Virus record (IMG/VR): IMGVR_UViG_3300046169_000006
Location: 1 to 59,095 of that record
Reading direction: 5' to 3' (one strand)
DNA: 59,095 bases
From: a virus
Lineage: Duplodnaviria; Caudoviricetes
Made by a program: the position numbers and the translations under genes. Within the stretch, counting starts at the first letter, position 1. The number at the start of each line of letters is the position of its first letter. Below are positions 8,737 through 18,392 of this stretch, in pieces. The notes beneath the pieces were generated by a model. The model was not told the origin of the DNA. It ran no database searches and was given only the letters and a program-made list of their open reading frames with translations.

Positions 8737-9267
8737 CTAATCCACGGGCCTAACAGGCCATGCGATATTTTCTGGAAACCCTGATTGCTCGGGGAGTTCT
8801 CTCAAGGCCTGCCTGTAAGCAACCATCTCATCTGAAACGGGGCGGTCAGGGAACATGTAAAAATCTGTTGCCGATAAAAGGGAGTTTCGTTTTTGACGGA
8901 TCGCAGCTATTTTCTGGTTAGCGTCAAGGGCGGTAATATCGTATACGATCCTCAACTCGGTATCCGTCTCTTCTAACCGCTCAGTACAAGACTCTACGTC
9001 TGCATCAAACTCAGGTTTGTCTGTAAACACAGTAGGCTTAGCTTGACCGTTAGCAACACTCAGTGTGAAGTCTTGCGCATCTCGTACCCTTTTCCAATGG
9101 TTTTGCGCTCTGAAAGCTGAGGTTTTTGCAAGATGGTGCAGGTTTTCTTCCGTAATAGGTAGTTCAAAGGCAACGCGAGTAAAGTACGCTGGGTTATCGC
9201 CAAGGGTGTACTTTAGCTGCATATTCATGTGCAGTTTGTCTACGTGGATTATTTCATAATCAATCAT
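8737..9267 (-). CDS. Tail fibre assembly chaperone
   Basis: C-terminal IRQKRNSLLSATD...YRQALRELPEQSGFP...WP motif. Confidence 0.8.
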   Translation of the reverse strand: MIDYEIIHVDKLHMNMQLKYTLGDNPAYFTRVAFELPITEENLHHLAKTSAFRAQNHWKRVRDAQDFTLSVANGQAKPTVFTDKPEFDADVESCTERLEETDTELRIVYDITALDANQKIAAIRQKRNSLLSATDFYMFPDRPVSDEMVAYRQALRELPEQSGFPENIAWPVRPVD

Positions 9268-9278
9268 GTCGTAAAATC

Positions 9279-10013
9279 CTATAATAGGGAAAAATAAACT
9301 TGGAAGTCGTCAGCGGAGGCGGCTGCGTTTCCTTTTGATTTTATATTGTTAAAAATCGTATCAAAGTTCTGCACATCATTACCTTGGCTATTTGTAGGCG
9401 TCCACGTAATGAACTTCTCACCCGTACTTTGGTAGTGGTCTCGGTAGTAAGCATAGTCGCTGCGCAAAAGCGTGTACCAAGTACTGCCGCTAAACTTAAA
9501 GTGTATTTTTTGCCAATCAGTGGTTGTTGTGTGGGACAGATTATCAATGGTGACTGTGATGTGCTTTGATGACCCTTGCCCTGTTCTTCTCATCGACTGT
9601 GTCTCTTGATCGAAGACATAGTACATCCCATCGACTGCGTAGTCGCAGACCTGTATTCCAAAAAGATCATTCCCTCCAGCGACATCTGTATAAGTATCTA
9701 TAGTGCCAAATCCAGAGGTCGAAGAACCTGATTCAGGGTGGACAAAAGACGTTTTGCCAGTGCGACCGTAGCCATAGCGGTGAAGGGTACTACTATTAGT
9801 TCCCGTATTAACAGAATTCTTACTCGCATGGATCGTAAAAGTCTCACCCTCTGGACCATAAGTTTGGCCGTAGAAGTCCTCGATACTTATCGTCCCGGAT
9901 TGAGGAAGGCCTGCGGCGTCACCATAGTATTCAGTAAGACTGGTAGGCGGGCTACCGCCCATTTCAGCCTCTATCATCGACATAGACAGCGGACCGCTAC
10001 TAGGAAGCGTCAT
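9279..10013 (-). CDS. Tail fibre-associated adhesin-like protein
   Basis: N-terminal LPSSGPLSMS...SLTEYYG...SGTISIEDFYG; directly downstream of the tail fibre. Confidence 0.55.
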   Translation of the reverse strand: MTLPSSGPLSMSMIEAEMGGSPPTSLTEYYGDAAGLPQSGTISIEDFYGQTYGPEGETFTIHASKNSVNTGTNSSTLHRYGYGRTGKTSFVHPESGSSTSGFGTIDTYTDVAGGNDLFGIQVCDYAVDGMYYVFDQETQSMRRTGQGSSKHITVTIDNLSHTTTTDWQKIHFKFSGSTWYTLLRSDYAYYRDHYQSTGEKFITWTPTNSQGNDVQNFDTIFNNIKSKGNAAASADDFQVYFSLL

Positions 10014-13000
10014 TTTTTACTCCTTTCAATTCGTCGATCTCAGCCTTTAAGTCCTTAATAGCTTCAATCAGATAACCAATCGTATTTCCGTAAGCTACGC
10101 TGAGATATTCCCCGTCGTCGTGAACTAGTTCTGGCGCAACTTTCTGAAGTTCTTGCGCAATAACACCCGAGTTTGCTTCTCCGTCTTTTGTGAACGAAAC
10201 GCCGCGCATTTCATAAACTTTTGAGCCGTCTAGTGTTTCGACGTTATCTTTAAGACGCGCATCGGAGTACGCAGTCACGTTTCCTGTCGCAGTATAATCC
10301 CCGCCAGACGTAAATTTATGTCTGAGGTCTCCGGTAACACCATTGATAGCCATGTAGTTCGCATTCCCGGTGGCCTGCCCGTTGTACTCCAGTGACATGC
10401 CCGATGTGATGGTGTCGCTGGTGTTTTCGGAAAACTGAATATACGGTCTATTGGACGTGTCACTTTTTAACACAAGCAGGCAATGTCGTTGGTCGGCGGT
10501 ACCATTAGCTTCGGTTATTATTACCCTGCCGTTCGCGTCCGGTCGTAAGAACGCAGATGCTTGAAACCCGTCGACAGTGTCCGCGTCTAGGCCCGAACCG
10601 GACCCATCATTGCCGCTATCCCAAAACTTTTTCCAATCGCCGAAATCGCCATTACTAACATACCTATTCCAAATGTTGCTGTGAGAAGAAGCTGTAATTT
10701 GGTGCCCGTAAGGGTAGGCGCCCCCGCCGCTGCCGGCATGAGCATATATGTTTAAACCCCAGTGGGCGTTGTTACCGCTTTCAGGGTTATTAGTCGCACT
10801 ATCTTGGTAGCGAAATGGTGCTATCCCGACCGCCTTATCTGTACCAGCTATTTGCCACGCAGAATTAAGATTAGACGTAGAAAAACCATGGGAGATAAAC
10901 GACCCACTAGTTTGGTTAAAGTTGCCCGTTTTCGTATCGTCAGCATCAGAGCGTAGGAAACTGCCTGACCCTATACCATCTAAAGTATCGGCGTCTAAGC
11001 CGGAGCCAGAGCCGTCGTTACCGGAGTGATAAATCGTATTACCAAACGTGAATGACTCGTTTGTGGCTGAATTAAGTTCAAGTGGGTACGGTGTTTCCCA
11101 GCCGTTGTCATCCGCCCGATCAGCGAGAATATAAAATCTATTACTGTTGGCGTGGAGCCAGAAGTCGTCGGCTTGAGTTGAGTCTGCACCATCGCCCGTA
11201 TCTTCAAACTTGATTTGCGGCGAGGTTGCTTGAAGTGTGATTTGGCCAGTAGTTACAAGGTTTCCAGAAATAGTGTCATCTGCATCACTTCTAATAAAAC
11301 TAGCTGCTTGAACCCCGTCGACAGTGTCCGCGTCTAGCCCAGAGCCGGAACCGTCATTGCCGTCTGTCCACGATGCGAACCTATCGGGAGCATGGGTAAC
11401 ACGGTAGGCCGCACTACTGGCAAGATACCAAGCAAAGTCTTCATCGTCGCCGCCTTTACACGCTACGTGCCCACCTGAGCTGAAAGTCCCTGTATTTCCG
11501 CAATGTGACACACGCGCGTACCATTCCCACTTCCCCGTGCCTACATGATCGGTTAGCCAATAAGAAGTCTTATTAGACCCTTGCGCGTTTTCATGTAGCG
11601 TCAAATGCCGATCTTCTGGGACGAGGGCTTGGAATATCTGAACAACTGTTTGATTGTCACCACTAGCAAAAGTTTGGTGAAACCCTCCGAAATTAGGACT
11701 AGCAGACCCTACGGTGTATTGGATTCTAATCACTTTGCCGGAACTATTGGGCGCAGCTTTACCTAAAGTAGTACTGGCGTCTTCATAGTGGTGCGTGACG
11801 GCGGTGCCTCCCTCGTTATTGTAAACAGCGACACCGTTTTGACCGGAAGCAAAGTCTTCGTCTTGGTGTATTCTTGTACCGCTACCTCTTACCGCTGTGA
11901 CAATAGGGTTCCAAGGTCCACGTTCAGGCGAGGAACTAGGCATGTATAGAGCGCGTTTACTGTTTACCTCTAAAAGTCCGGCGCAATATATACTTCCATC
12001 GACGAGTAAGTGACTGTCTATGTTCGCTTTATCTGTGACGTTTAGCTGCCCGTGAATGTTAACAAGAGTATTAGTCTCACTGCCGCCTATGATAAACCCG
12101 TCATTAGACGTTGAAGGCTCATACCCAACTTGGCCATCCGCGTGCTTATATTTAATCCAACCATACTGCTCTTCACTGTTTGCAAAACCATCAAAGTTAT
12201 CTGAGAACTTTATCATGGCCCCGTTGGAAGCGGCGTTTGTTGCCGACTGGATGTATAGAGGGCCGTCATCTTTTCGAAGGGTTAGTTGGCCTGTTGCCAT
12301 GTCGTCTGCGTTCGAACGCAAGAAACTACTAGCGTGGAGCCCGTCCAACAAATCCGCGTTTAAACCGCTACCGCCACCGTCGTTCCCGGAATGCCAAATA
12401 GGGGTTCCCACACTGTTCTGGATAACATAATATCCAGCGGCGGTTTCTGTCGTGTCAAACTCAGTCCCGTACCCAGTGGGCTTAGTTGTAGTGCCTGTAC
12501 TAGGGGTAAAGATTTCTGAACTACCCTCTCGAGTAAGGTCTACAGACACTTGGCTGTACTTAGTTAACGCAATATATACGTCGTAATTATGGTAACCAGT
12601 GTCTTCAGTCGCCTTAACAACAAGGACTCCCGTGCCTGAGGTAGACACACCAACAGTCCCTTCAATACATAAGTCAGCACCAGAATTCCCCTCTCTCCCG
12701 AAAAAGTTCAGGTCAAAAAAACATGTGCCGAAAGCCTCTACGTGGTTGTTGAGACTGCCTCGCATGTGCAAGCCACCATTGCCCTTATTGACTGTAGCGA
12801 CTTTGAAATAAACGGGGAAGGTGGTAAGGTTGCCTTGGTCCGCTGGGCGCCACCGCTTCATCTTCCCGCCAACGTTAAAAAAGGACCCGGAGCCTATTCC
12901 ATCCAAAGTATCGGCGTCTAGCCCTGAGCCTGAGCCGTCATTGCCTGCGTGCCAGATTTTGAAGTTACTTGTAGTAGTTCCCGGACGCCAATAGATGTTG

Positions 13001-13317
13001 TTGTCAGCGCTTTGCGTGTATAGCATGCCGACGCGACCGGAATTATTTTGCCACTCTATCGAAGGAGAGTTACTGTCATGGGTTCTTTTTATTAACAAAC
13101 CCGAATGAAAATCACCATGATTGATAACAAGGCCATTGCCAGTATCAGCCGTAATTGTTGTTGCGCCGGTAATCGTTGTTGCGCCGCTAGTAACAGTACC
13201 GAGAGTCACATTGTTACCGCTCTCGTACTTAGCAGAGTTTAAATTCGTGAAGTTGTCATCAACCTCAGTATTAGTTAGGGGCGAACCCTTTCCTGATCGT
13301 GTTGTAATCGTAGCCAT
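10000..13317 (-). CDS. Long tail fibre with C-terminal intramolecular chaperone (peptidase S74-type)
   Basis: N-terminal KGSPLTNTEVDDNF anchor; five GNDGSGSGLDAD-type repeats; YSDARLK...GVIAQE...IEAIKDLKAEI. Confidence 0.9.
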   Translation of the reverse strand: MATITTRSGKGSPLTNTEVDDNFTNLNSAKYESGNNVTLGTVTSGATTITGATTITADTGNGLVINHGDFHSGLLIKRTHDSNSPSIEWQNNSGRVGMLYTQSADNNIYWRPGTTTSNFKIWHAGNDGSGSGLDADTLDGIGSGSFFNVGGKMKRWRPADQGNLTTFPVYFKVATVNKGNGGLHMRGSLNNHVEAFGTCFFDLNFFGREGNSGADLCIEGTVGVSTSGTGVLVVKATEDTGYHNYDVYIALTKYSQVSVDLTREGSSEIFTPSTGTTTKPTGYGTEFDTTETAAGYYVIQNSVGTPIWHSGNDGGGSGLNADLLDGLHASSFLRSNADDMATGQLTLRKDDGPLYIQSATNAASNGAMIKFSDNFDGFANSEEQYGWIKYKHADGQVGYEPSTSNDGFIIGGSETNTLVNIHGQLNVTDKANIDSHLLVDGSIYCAGLLEVNSKRALYMPSSSPERGPWNPIVTAVRGSGTRIHQDEDFASGQNGVAVYNNEGGTAVTHHYEDASTTLGKAAPNSSGKVIRIQYTVGSASPNFGGFHQTFASGDNQTVVQIFQALVPEDRHLTLHENAQGSNKTSYWLTDHVGTGKWEWYARVSHCGNTGTFSSGGHVACKGGDDEDFAWYLASSAAYRVTHAPDRFASWTDGNDGSGSGLDADTVDGVQAASFIRSDADDTISGNLVTTGQITLQATSPQIKFEDTGDGADSTQADDFWLHANSNRFYILADRADDNGWETPYPLELNSATNESFTFGNTIYHSGNDGSGSGLDADTLDGIGSGSFLRSDADDTKTGNFNQTSGSFISHGFSTSNLNSAWQIAGTDKAVGIAPFRYQDSATNNPESGNNAHWGLNIYAHAGSGGGAYPYGHQITASSHSNIWNRYVSNGDFGDWKKFWDSGNDGSGSGLDADTVDGFQASAFLRPDANGRVIITEANGTADQRHCLLVLKSDTSNRPYIQFSENTSDTITSGMSLEYNGQATGNANYMAINGVTGDLRHKFTSGGDYTATGNVTAYSDARLKDNVETLDGSKVYEMRGVSFTKDGEANSGVIAQELQKVAPELVHDDGEYLSVAYGNTIGYLIEAIKDLKAEIDELKGVKNDAS
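10566..12954 (-). repeat. Five dispersed copies of a linker repeat (W/Y-x-x-GNDGSGSGLDADT-L/V-DG) in the tail fibre
   Basis: Copies at about 12899-12954, 12340-12396, 11313-11370, 10976-11030 and 10566-10623; CCCGTCGACAGTGTCCGCGTCTAG is identical in two copies. Confidence 0.9.
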
Positions 13318-13336
13318 GAATCACACCCCTAACTTT

Positions 13337-13795
13337 TTAAGATGCAGAAAGAGTGATGGTCCAAGTCACGGACATCGTATCTTCTGCTGCTTTGTTAACA
13401 ACGCTGAACTTAGTACGACAAAGCATGTCGCCAGAAGTAGCAGCATTAAAGATACCTGCTTCAGTAACAGCACCTGTTGCATCACCAGCTTCAAACGAGC
13501 AAACGTATTTAACTTTCTCGTCATTAGTACCTTCGATAGCGGTTGAATCTAGCGGTTCACGGCTGCCCAACATGGAAATCAGATCGGCCTGACCCGCTGC
13601 CGGAGCAGTTGTACTAGAACCCAGTGCCATGTGAGACATCACGCCTTTAGTAGTACCTGTCATGCGCGAGGCAATGTATGCTAAGCCATCATTTACGATT
13701 AAGTTTTTAACTGTTCGTTGGTCTTTTATTTTTCCGGCCTTGTCCTTGAGGACTATGTTAAGCTGGCCGGAGAGCTTCAAGTTTTCGTTAATCAT
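13337..13795 (-). CDS. Virion/tail structural protein
   Basis: KNLIVNDGL...MALGS...TEAGIFNA...MSVTWTITL pattern typical of phage tail-associated proteins. Confidence 0.65.
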   Translation of the reverse strand: MINENLKLSGQLNIVLKDKAGKIKDQRTVKNLIVNDGLAYIASRMTGTTKGVMSHMALGSSTTAPAAGQADLISMLGSREPLDSTAIEGTNDEKVKYVCSFEAGDATGAVTEAGIFNAATSGDMLCRTKFSVVNKAAEDTMSVTWTITLSAS

Positions 13796-13806
13796 AACGA
13801 TCTCCT

Positions 13807-15369
13807 TCAGAACGTAGTGGAAGCGCCGACAAAGTCTTCCTCAAAGTAAGTAAAGTCAGAATACCCCTGACTCCGCAAAAACCCCGTGTCGGTACTCGAG
13901 GCTGAACTTAGTAGCACCTTGTGGGGCGATACACTTATTGCGTCTCCTAAAAGGGCGCTGTCCACAGAGACCGTTTTTACAAACGATCTTTTCATGGTCT
14001 CTTGGGCTACAGGTATATCATAAAACTGTTTACCTGTAACCATATTTATACTATCAGACGGGGTAACACCATCTATAAATCCTTTGGCAACACCTATGTT
14101 GTGCAGGTCTGTTACCGTGGCAGTATGAGCAAAGGCTCGAATAAACCCTATCTGCACAAGAATTTCATCCGTGAATGATGCCACATCGGTCCGGCTTTTA
14201 CCAAACTGCATAGCTTGTTCGTCGACAACAGTTGCTTCGCCATCAACATCATCTGTAAAGAATGCCGTTTCAGCGAAATGTTTAGCCACTGCTTTAGCGA
14301 ACACCTCATCAGACACCGTAGAATCCTCTGAGAGGGCTTTTCCTAATGCTAGTGTATCAATGGCATCAGAAACGTCTCCCGTGTCTAAGAAAGCCTTGGC
14401 GACGGCTAATACTTCCTCATCAACGATTGCTGTTACCTCAAACACTCCTTTTCCTGCGCTAGTAGTCGCAACGTCAGTGACACTAATCGGTTGCTCACTA
14501 AACGGTTTATGAGGGCCAAGAGAGGGAAGGTCAGCTACTATACCGCCATCTGAAAAACCTGTACCGAACGACTTATTAACAAGTTCTTGGGGGGTCATCG
14601 TTTCCGATAAGCCTTTGCCTACAGCAAACAAGGGGTCGCTGTCAGCTACACTTGCTGAGTCCGTTCGTGGTTTTGAAACTGTAAGTTCGGGCGCATCTAC
14701 TACGCCTAAAGTATCTTGTAGGCGTTTTATCGTCCCAGTGACGACGGCGTCGGTAAGGGCCACAGGGTCAAACTTATTTAGCCCCGAAAGTAAGCTGTGT
14801 ACGTCCGCGACGCTTGCATCATCAGTGTGCGGTTTAGTCAACGCGAGCGTCATTTCCCCGTAGTCTGTGATAGAAACTTCATGCGCCAAGGTCTTAGCAA
14901 AAGAGGAAACGTAAGAATCCGTAGTACTAAGAACCTCAGATGCCTCTTTTCCGAAGGTCTTTTCGTGTATATCAAAAAAGTAAGAGTACTCGGTGAACGG
15001 CTTACTGAGTAGTTTAGCTTGAGCGTCCGCTAAGGTAGCATCGTCAGTGAATGGTTTAAGGAAGTCGACAACGATTTGTTCCGAGGGGCGGATACCATCG
15101 TCAATGTATAACGTTTCCAAGAACGCAGCGAATAACAAGAAGTCGCCTTGTTCCGCCGTTACTATATTTCTCGGGACAGAAATCTTCGAGTTCGCCCAAA
15201 TCCCGAGCTGTTCAAACGTAGCGGATAGTGATGAGACAGCCTGCTGTAGTTTTAGCGGGCTGCTTGAAACCGCACTGGTAGTAGCCTGTATGTCCGCCTG
15301 CGTAGATGTCGTAAGTGGTTCAAAAGTCGCAGAGATCGCATTTACGAATTCAGCGGACTTGATCCTCAC
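13807..15369 (-). CDS. Repetitive virion protein (fibre/appendage-like)
   Basis: Recurrent ~20-aa K-x-x-x-D/E...V-x-D units along 520 aa, within the structural operon. Confidence 0.6.
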   Translation of the reverse strand: MRIKSAEFVNAISATFEPLTTSTQADIQATTSAVSSSPLKLQQAVSSLSATFEQLGIWANSKISVPRNIVTAEQGDFLLFAAFLETLYIDDGIRPSEQIVVDFLKPFTDDATLADAQAKLLSKPFTEYSYFFDIHEKTFGKEASEVLSTTDSYVSSFAKTLAHEVSITDYGEMTLALTKPHTDDASVADVHSLLSGLNKFDPVALTDAVVTGTIKRLQDTLGVVDAPELTVSKPRTDSASVADSDPLFAVGKGLSETMTPQELVNKSFGTGFSDGGIVADLPSLGPHKPFSEQPISVTDVATTSAGKGVFEVTAIVDEEVLAVAKAFLDTGDVSDAIDTLALGKALSEDSTVSDEVFAKAVAKHFAETAFFTDDVDGEATVVDEQAMQFGKSRTDVASFTDEILVQIGFIRAFAHTATVTDLHNIGVAKGFIDGVTPSDSINMVTGKQFYDIPVAQETMKRSFVKTVSVDSALLGDAISVSPHKVLLSSASSTDTGFLRSQGYSDFTYFEEDFVGASTTF

Positions 15370-15701
15370 GCAAAATCCTCCCGGACTTTAAACTTTAACT
15401 TGTCGTACAGCGTCTCACGTAGACCACTGTCTCTAACCACTTCGATTTCGCCTTCGTATGTTCCAGCAGCAACATCAAGGTCGCCTATAGCCCACTGGAG
15501 AACGGCTACGCCTGTGGAAGCTGTATCTGGGTTAATAAAGAAATTACGAGAAAACAGAACACTTTCAGCGCCTGCTTCACGGAAATGTAAAGTAACGGTA
15601 GCGTCTGTTAAGTTTACAGCGGCCCCATCATCGTCGTTAGTTAGGGTTACTCGGATTTGCGGGCCCGTGTCACCCTGTACGTATTTAAATACCTGAGCCA
15701 T
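15366..15701 (-). CDS. BppU-N-like adaptor protein
   Basis: QGDTGP...AVNLTDATV...GTYEGEIEV pattern. Confidence 0.65.
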   Translation of the reverse strand: MAQVFKYVQGDTGPQIRVTLTNDDDGAAVNLTDATVTLHFREAGAESVLFSRNFFINPDTASTGVAVLQWAIGDLDVAAGTYEGEIEVVRDSGLRETLYDKLKFKVREDFA

Positions 15702-16336
15702 TATATACCCCTACTCGCGGTGGATTTATCAAACCCAACAAACTTCGCGCGCAGTCCAACACTGCGTGTATCGCGGCGTTTTGCGTCTGTAGTGTGTTTG
15801 TAAAATTCTGATTTGTAGTAAGCAGCAAGATCAGGGTTCGTCCATTCTTTGCCCGGAATAATTGCCAATCTAGCAATTGCTCCACAAGCAATAGAACGAC
15901 CGTGCGTCTCGAACAAAAAGTCCTCAACCCCGTCAGCGCTCAAAGACGGTTTAATTGCTCCAATCCCCTCAAAGGTATACTTGTTATCAGGCGTTGGATA
16001 AAACCTTATCTGTGTATCCTGATAAATCGTATAACAAGAAGGACGCCCTTTGGACGTTTTAGGAAGATCAAAGTGACGGTCTGACACCCGTTTTATCGGC
16101 TGCCCGTCGACGTAAAGAACCAAAATGTCCTCTAGTACCGACTTTGCAGGGACTTCGATCTCATACTCAGCAGTGTTCTTGCTGGTGAAATCTTTGTCTA
16201 TGTCATACCGCCATATTTGACTGAGTGCGCAAAACTCTGCTGCTGCTTCTTGCAGATGCGACTCGATGATGATTTCCGGACAGCCCGGCAAAATGGGCTG
16301 TATGTAAGGAAGAAAACTAGCCCACTTTACAGCCAT
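15701..16336 (-). CDS. Head-tail adaptor / tail tubular protein A-like
   Basis: LPGCP...AAAEFC...FYPTP...IPGKEWTNP; position after the capsid gene. Confidence 0.65.
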   Translation of the reverse strand: MAVKWASFLPYIQPILPGCPEIIIESHLQEAAAEFCALSQIWRYDIDKDFTSKNTAEYEIEVPAKSVLEDILVLYVDGQPIKRVSDRHFDLPKTSKGRPSCYTIYQDTQIRFYPTPDNKYTFEGIGAIKPSLSADGVEDFLFETHGRSIACGAIARLAIIPGKEWTNPDLAAYYKSEFYKHTTDAKRRDTRSVGLRAKFVGFDKSTASRGI

Positions 16337-16337
16337 A

Positions 16338-17027
16338 TTAAGTCACCTTGCTCATATTGGACGGAGAAACCGCAGCATCCACTTGGTTTTTCATGTTCAG
16401 GGCAGAATTAAACGCGTTGTAAGCTGCTTGAGCACGTTGCTCGTTAGCACCATACTCGGCATCTTTCGAATACGCTCTGTACAGAATCCAATCAATCATT
16501 GGAGACATATAAATATCATCCAGTAGGATTGTTGTGGCGTCAGTGCCTGTTGGATCAAGTTGACTTTCAGTCTGAGCATGCGCTCCGGGAGAATCTGTAT
16601 ACACAACTTCAACTTCAGCAGAAGTCGTAGCCGGTGGGTAAACAAAAAACTCTTTCGGTTGGCGTGGATCAAACGTGTAGTGCTGTATAGCGGTCGTACC
16701 AGTTTCAGCGTGCCATGCGGGGCGTTGGTCGTCCAGCACACTACGTGCCACAAGGCGGATAACCTTGTAACCTGAGTCTGAAGCAAGGTTTCTTGTTACA
16801 TCAAGCAAGCGTAACCCCGAAGGGAAATCTGCTGTCAGAACCTGCCTTGTACCTGCTACACAAGTAAATGACCCTGTTTTTGCGTTTGCGTCAGGACGTG
16901 CAAGAGTAATCGCGAGATAAGACTCGTTCATCCAGTTTTGCAATTCCGTGCGCGGCCAGCGAATGTTGGTGTCTTGTAAGACATCCTCTACTCGTCGGAT
17001 AATGTCAGTAACTTTTACTGTAGACAT
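16338..17027 (-). CDS. Head-tail adaptor protein
   Basis: LQD...RWPRTEL...RPDA...FFVYPP...YRAYSKD pattern; position. Confidence 0.7.
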   Translation of the reverse strand: MSTVKVTDIIRRVEDVLQDTNIRWPRTELQNWMNESYLAITLARPDANAKTGSFTCVAGTRQVLTADFPSGLRLLDVTRNLASDSGYKVIRLVARSVLDDQRPAWHAETGTTAIQHYTFDPRQPKEFFVYPPATTSAEVEVVYTDSPGAHAQTESQLDPTGTDATTILLDDIYMSPMIDWILYRAYSKDAEYGANEQRAQAAYNAFNSALNMKNQVDAAVSPSNMSKVT

Positions 17028-17037
17028 CCGTTACCCC

Positions 17038-17271
17038 CTACGTACTAGATTTGGGTGCAGCGGCAGCTTTAGCTGTCTTTGACTTAGTAGCTTTAGCTTG
17101 AGGCTTTGGAGCTGGCTTTAAAGATTTAGCCATTTCCTCACCTTCAGCAGTAAGAACCAATTCGTCGCCGATTACTCTGGCTACAACCACGCGTGATCCG
17201 TCAACAATAGCAACTGCTTTATTAGTCAGTAGCTCGGCGTTAACGGCATTGATTACGTCATAAACGTTCAT
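17038..17271 (-). CDS. Small protein with K/A-rich tail
   Basis: ORF with AGGAGG RBS just after the capsid terminator. Confidence 0.7.
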   Translation of the reverse strand: MNVYDVINAVNAELLTNKAVAIVDGSRVVVARVIGDELVLTAEGEEMAKSLKPAPKPQAKATKSKTAKAAAAPKSST

Positions 17272-17282
17272 AATAACCTCCT

Positions 17283-17310
17283 AAAAAGAAAGGGGGGCAG
17301 AACCCCCCTC
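17283..17310 (-). terminator. Rho-independent terminator after the major capsid gene
   Basis: GAGGGGGG-TTCTG-CCCCCCTT followed by TCTTTTT on the minus strand. Confidence 0.85.
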
Positions 17311-17318
17311 ACCGGCTA

Positions 17319-18329
17319 CTAGCTCGGGTTACCAACAATTGCGGTAACAAGAGCGTCGTTCTTAACAACTTTGCGGCCATAAACGGCTAAACCACGAACG
17401 ATGTCTCCGAAGTCAGTCTGGTTGCGTAGAGGCTCAGTCTTGCTGATTTGCGAAGCAAATGCACACGCAGACTTAGTACCAGCTACCATCAGACGACCCG
17501 GTTTTGCACCAGCTACAGTTGCACCCGAAGAAGTCGCAGACAGACCCGATACGAAGCCTTTACCAGCTTCATTCTTAGGTAGAAGGTTAGATACATAAAC
17601 CGTGAAACGGTCTAGCATGCCAATCTTACCAGTACGGATAGTAGATGACGCATCACCAGTGAAGTACGCTTGAGCAATATCAGTTTGCATTAACAACTGA
17701 CGCTCGAATGGCGATAGGATCAACCAACGGCCTTCTTCAGGAACGTTTTGCTCATCAAGAGCAGCAGACATACGAAGGATAGTGTCTAAGATATTCTTAG
17801 GAGTAGCTTGGTCGATAGGCGCTAAAGAAGTACCTAAGTTGTACTCAGAAGACAATGCACCGGCAGTAGCTCCAACGTTTGCGGAAGCAGCACCTTCAGT
17901 TACAAACCAGTTGTAGAAACATTCGTTTTCAATGTTGATCTTCAACTGCTTAGCAGCATCGTCAGTGAACATGTTCATTAAGTCCATGTCAGCTTGGTGA
18001 GCAAGTACATCGTTTACTTGAACACTGAAATACTTACCTTTGTTGATCTGCATATCTAAGTAGATTGGTGCAGGAACTTCAGAAGCAAGTGTAGTACCAG
18101 CGCCAGCATAATCATTAATAGTGATTGATGGTGCAGTACGGATGCGAATTGTATCGCCTTGATTTTTGATTTCGCCTTCCCAATCGGTATTGGCAATCTC
18201 AGTCATCATAGTGTTAGCGTAGAATTTCGCGTTTAATTTGTTGCTCCACAATTGTGGAATGAAACCGCCTGAGTAAGACGGGGTAGTGTCAAAGTCGCCA
18301 GAGCCGACGACGGGAAAAACAGCAGCCAT
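17319..18329 (-). CDS. Major capsid protein
   Basis: FIPQLWS...NTDWEGEIK..GDTIRI...LDEQNVPEEGR...FGDIVRGLAVYG; AGGAGG RBS; follows the scaffold gene. Confidence 0.9.
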   Translation of the reverse strand: MAAVFPVVGSGDFDTTPSYSGGFIPQLWSNKLNAKFYANTMMTEIANTDWEGEIKNQGDTIRIRTAPSITINDYAGAGTTLASEVPAPIYLDMQINKGKYFSVQVNDVLAHQADMDLMNMFTDDAAKQLKINIENECFYNWFVTEGAASANVGATAGALSSEYNLGTSLAPIDQATPKNILDTILRMSAALDEQNVPEEGRWLILSPFERQLLMQTDIAQAYFTGDASSTIRTGKIGMLDRFTVYVSNLLPKNEAGKGFVSGLSATSSGATVAGAKPGRLMVAGTKSACAFASQISKTEPLRNQTDFGDIVRGLAVYGRKVVKNDALVTAIVGNPS

Positions 18330-18392
18330 GATAGGCCTCCTAAAAATTAATAGTTAAGTTGGTCAACAACAGCTGCTTCCATGTTAGCACGT

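Noticed and set aside
10000-13317. Diversity-generating retroelement or invertase shufflon at the tail fibre
   Set aside because: No reverse transcriptase, no TR/VR pair and no invertase; repeats are direct and in frame.
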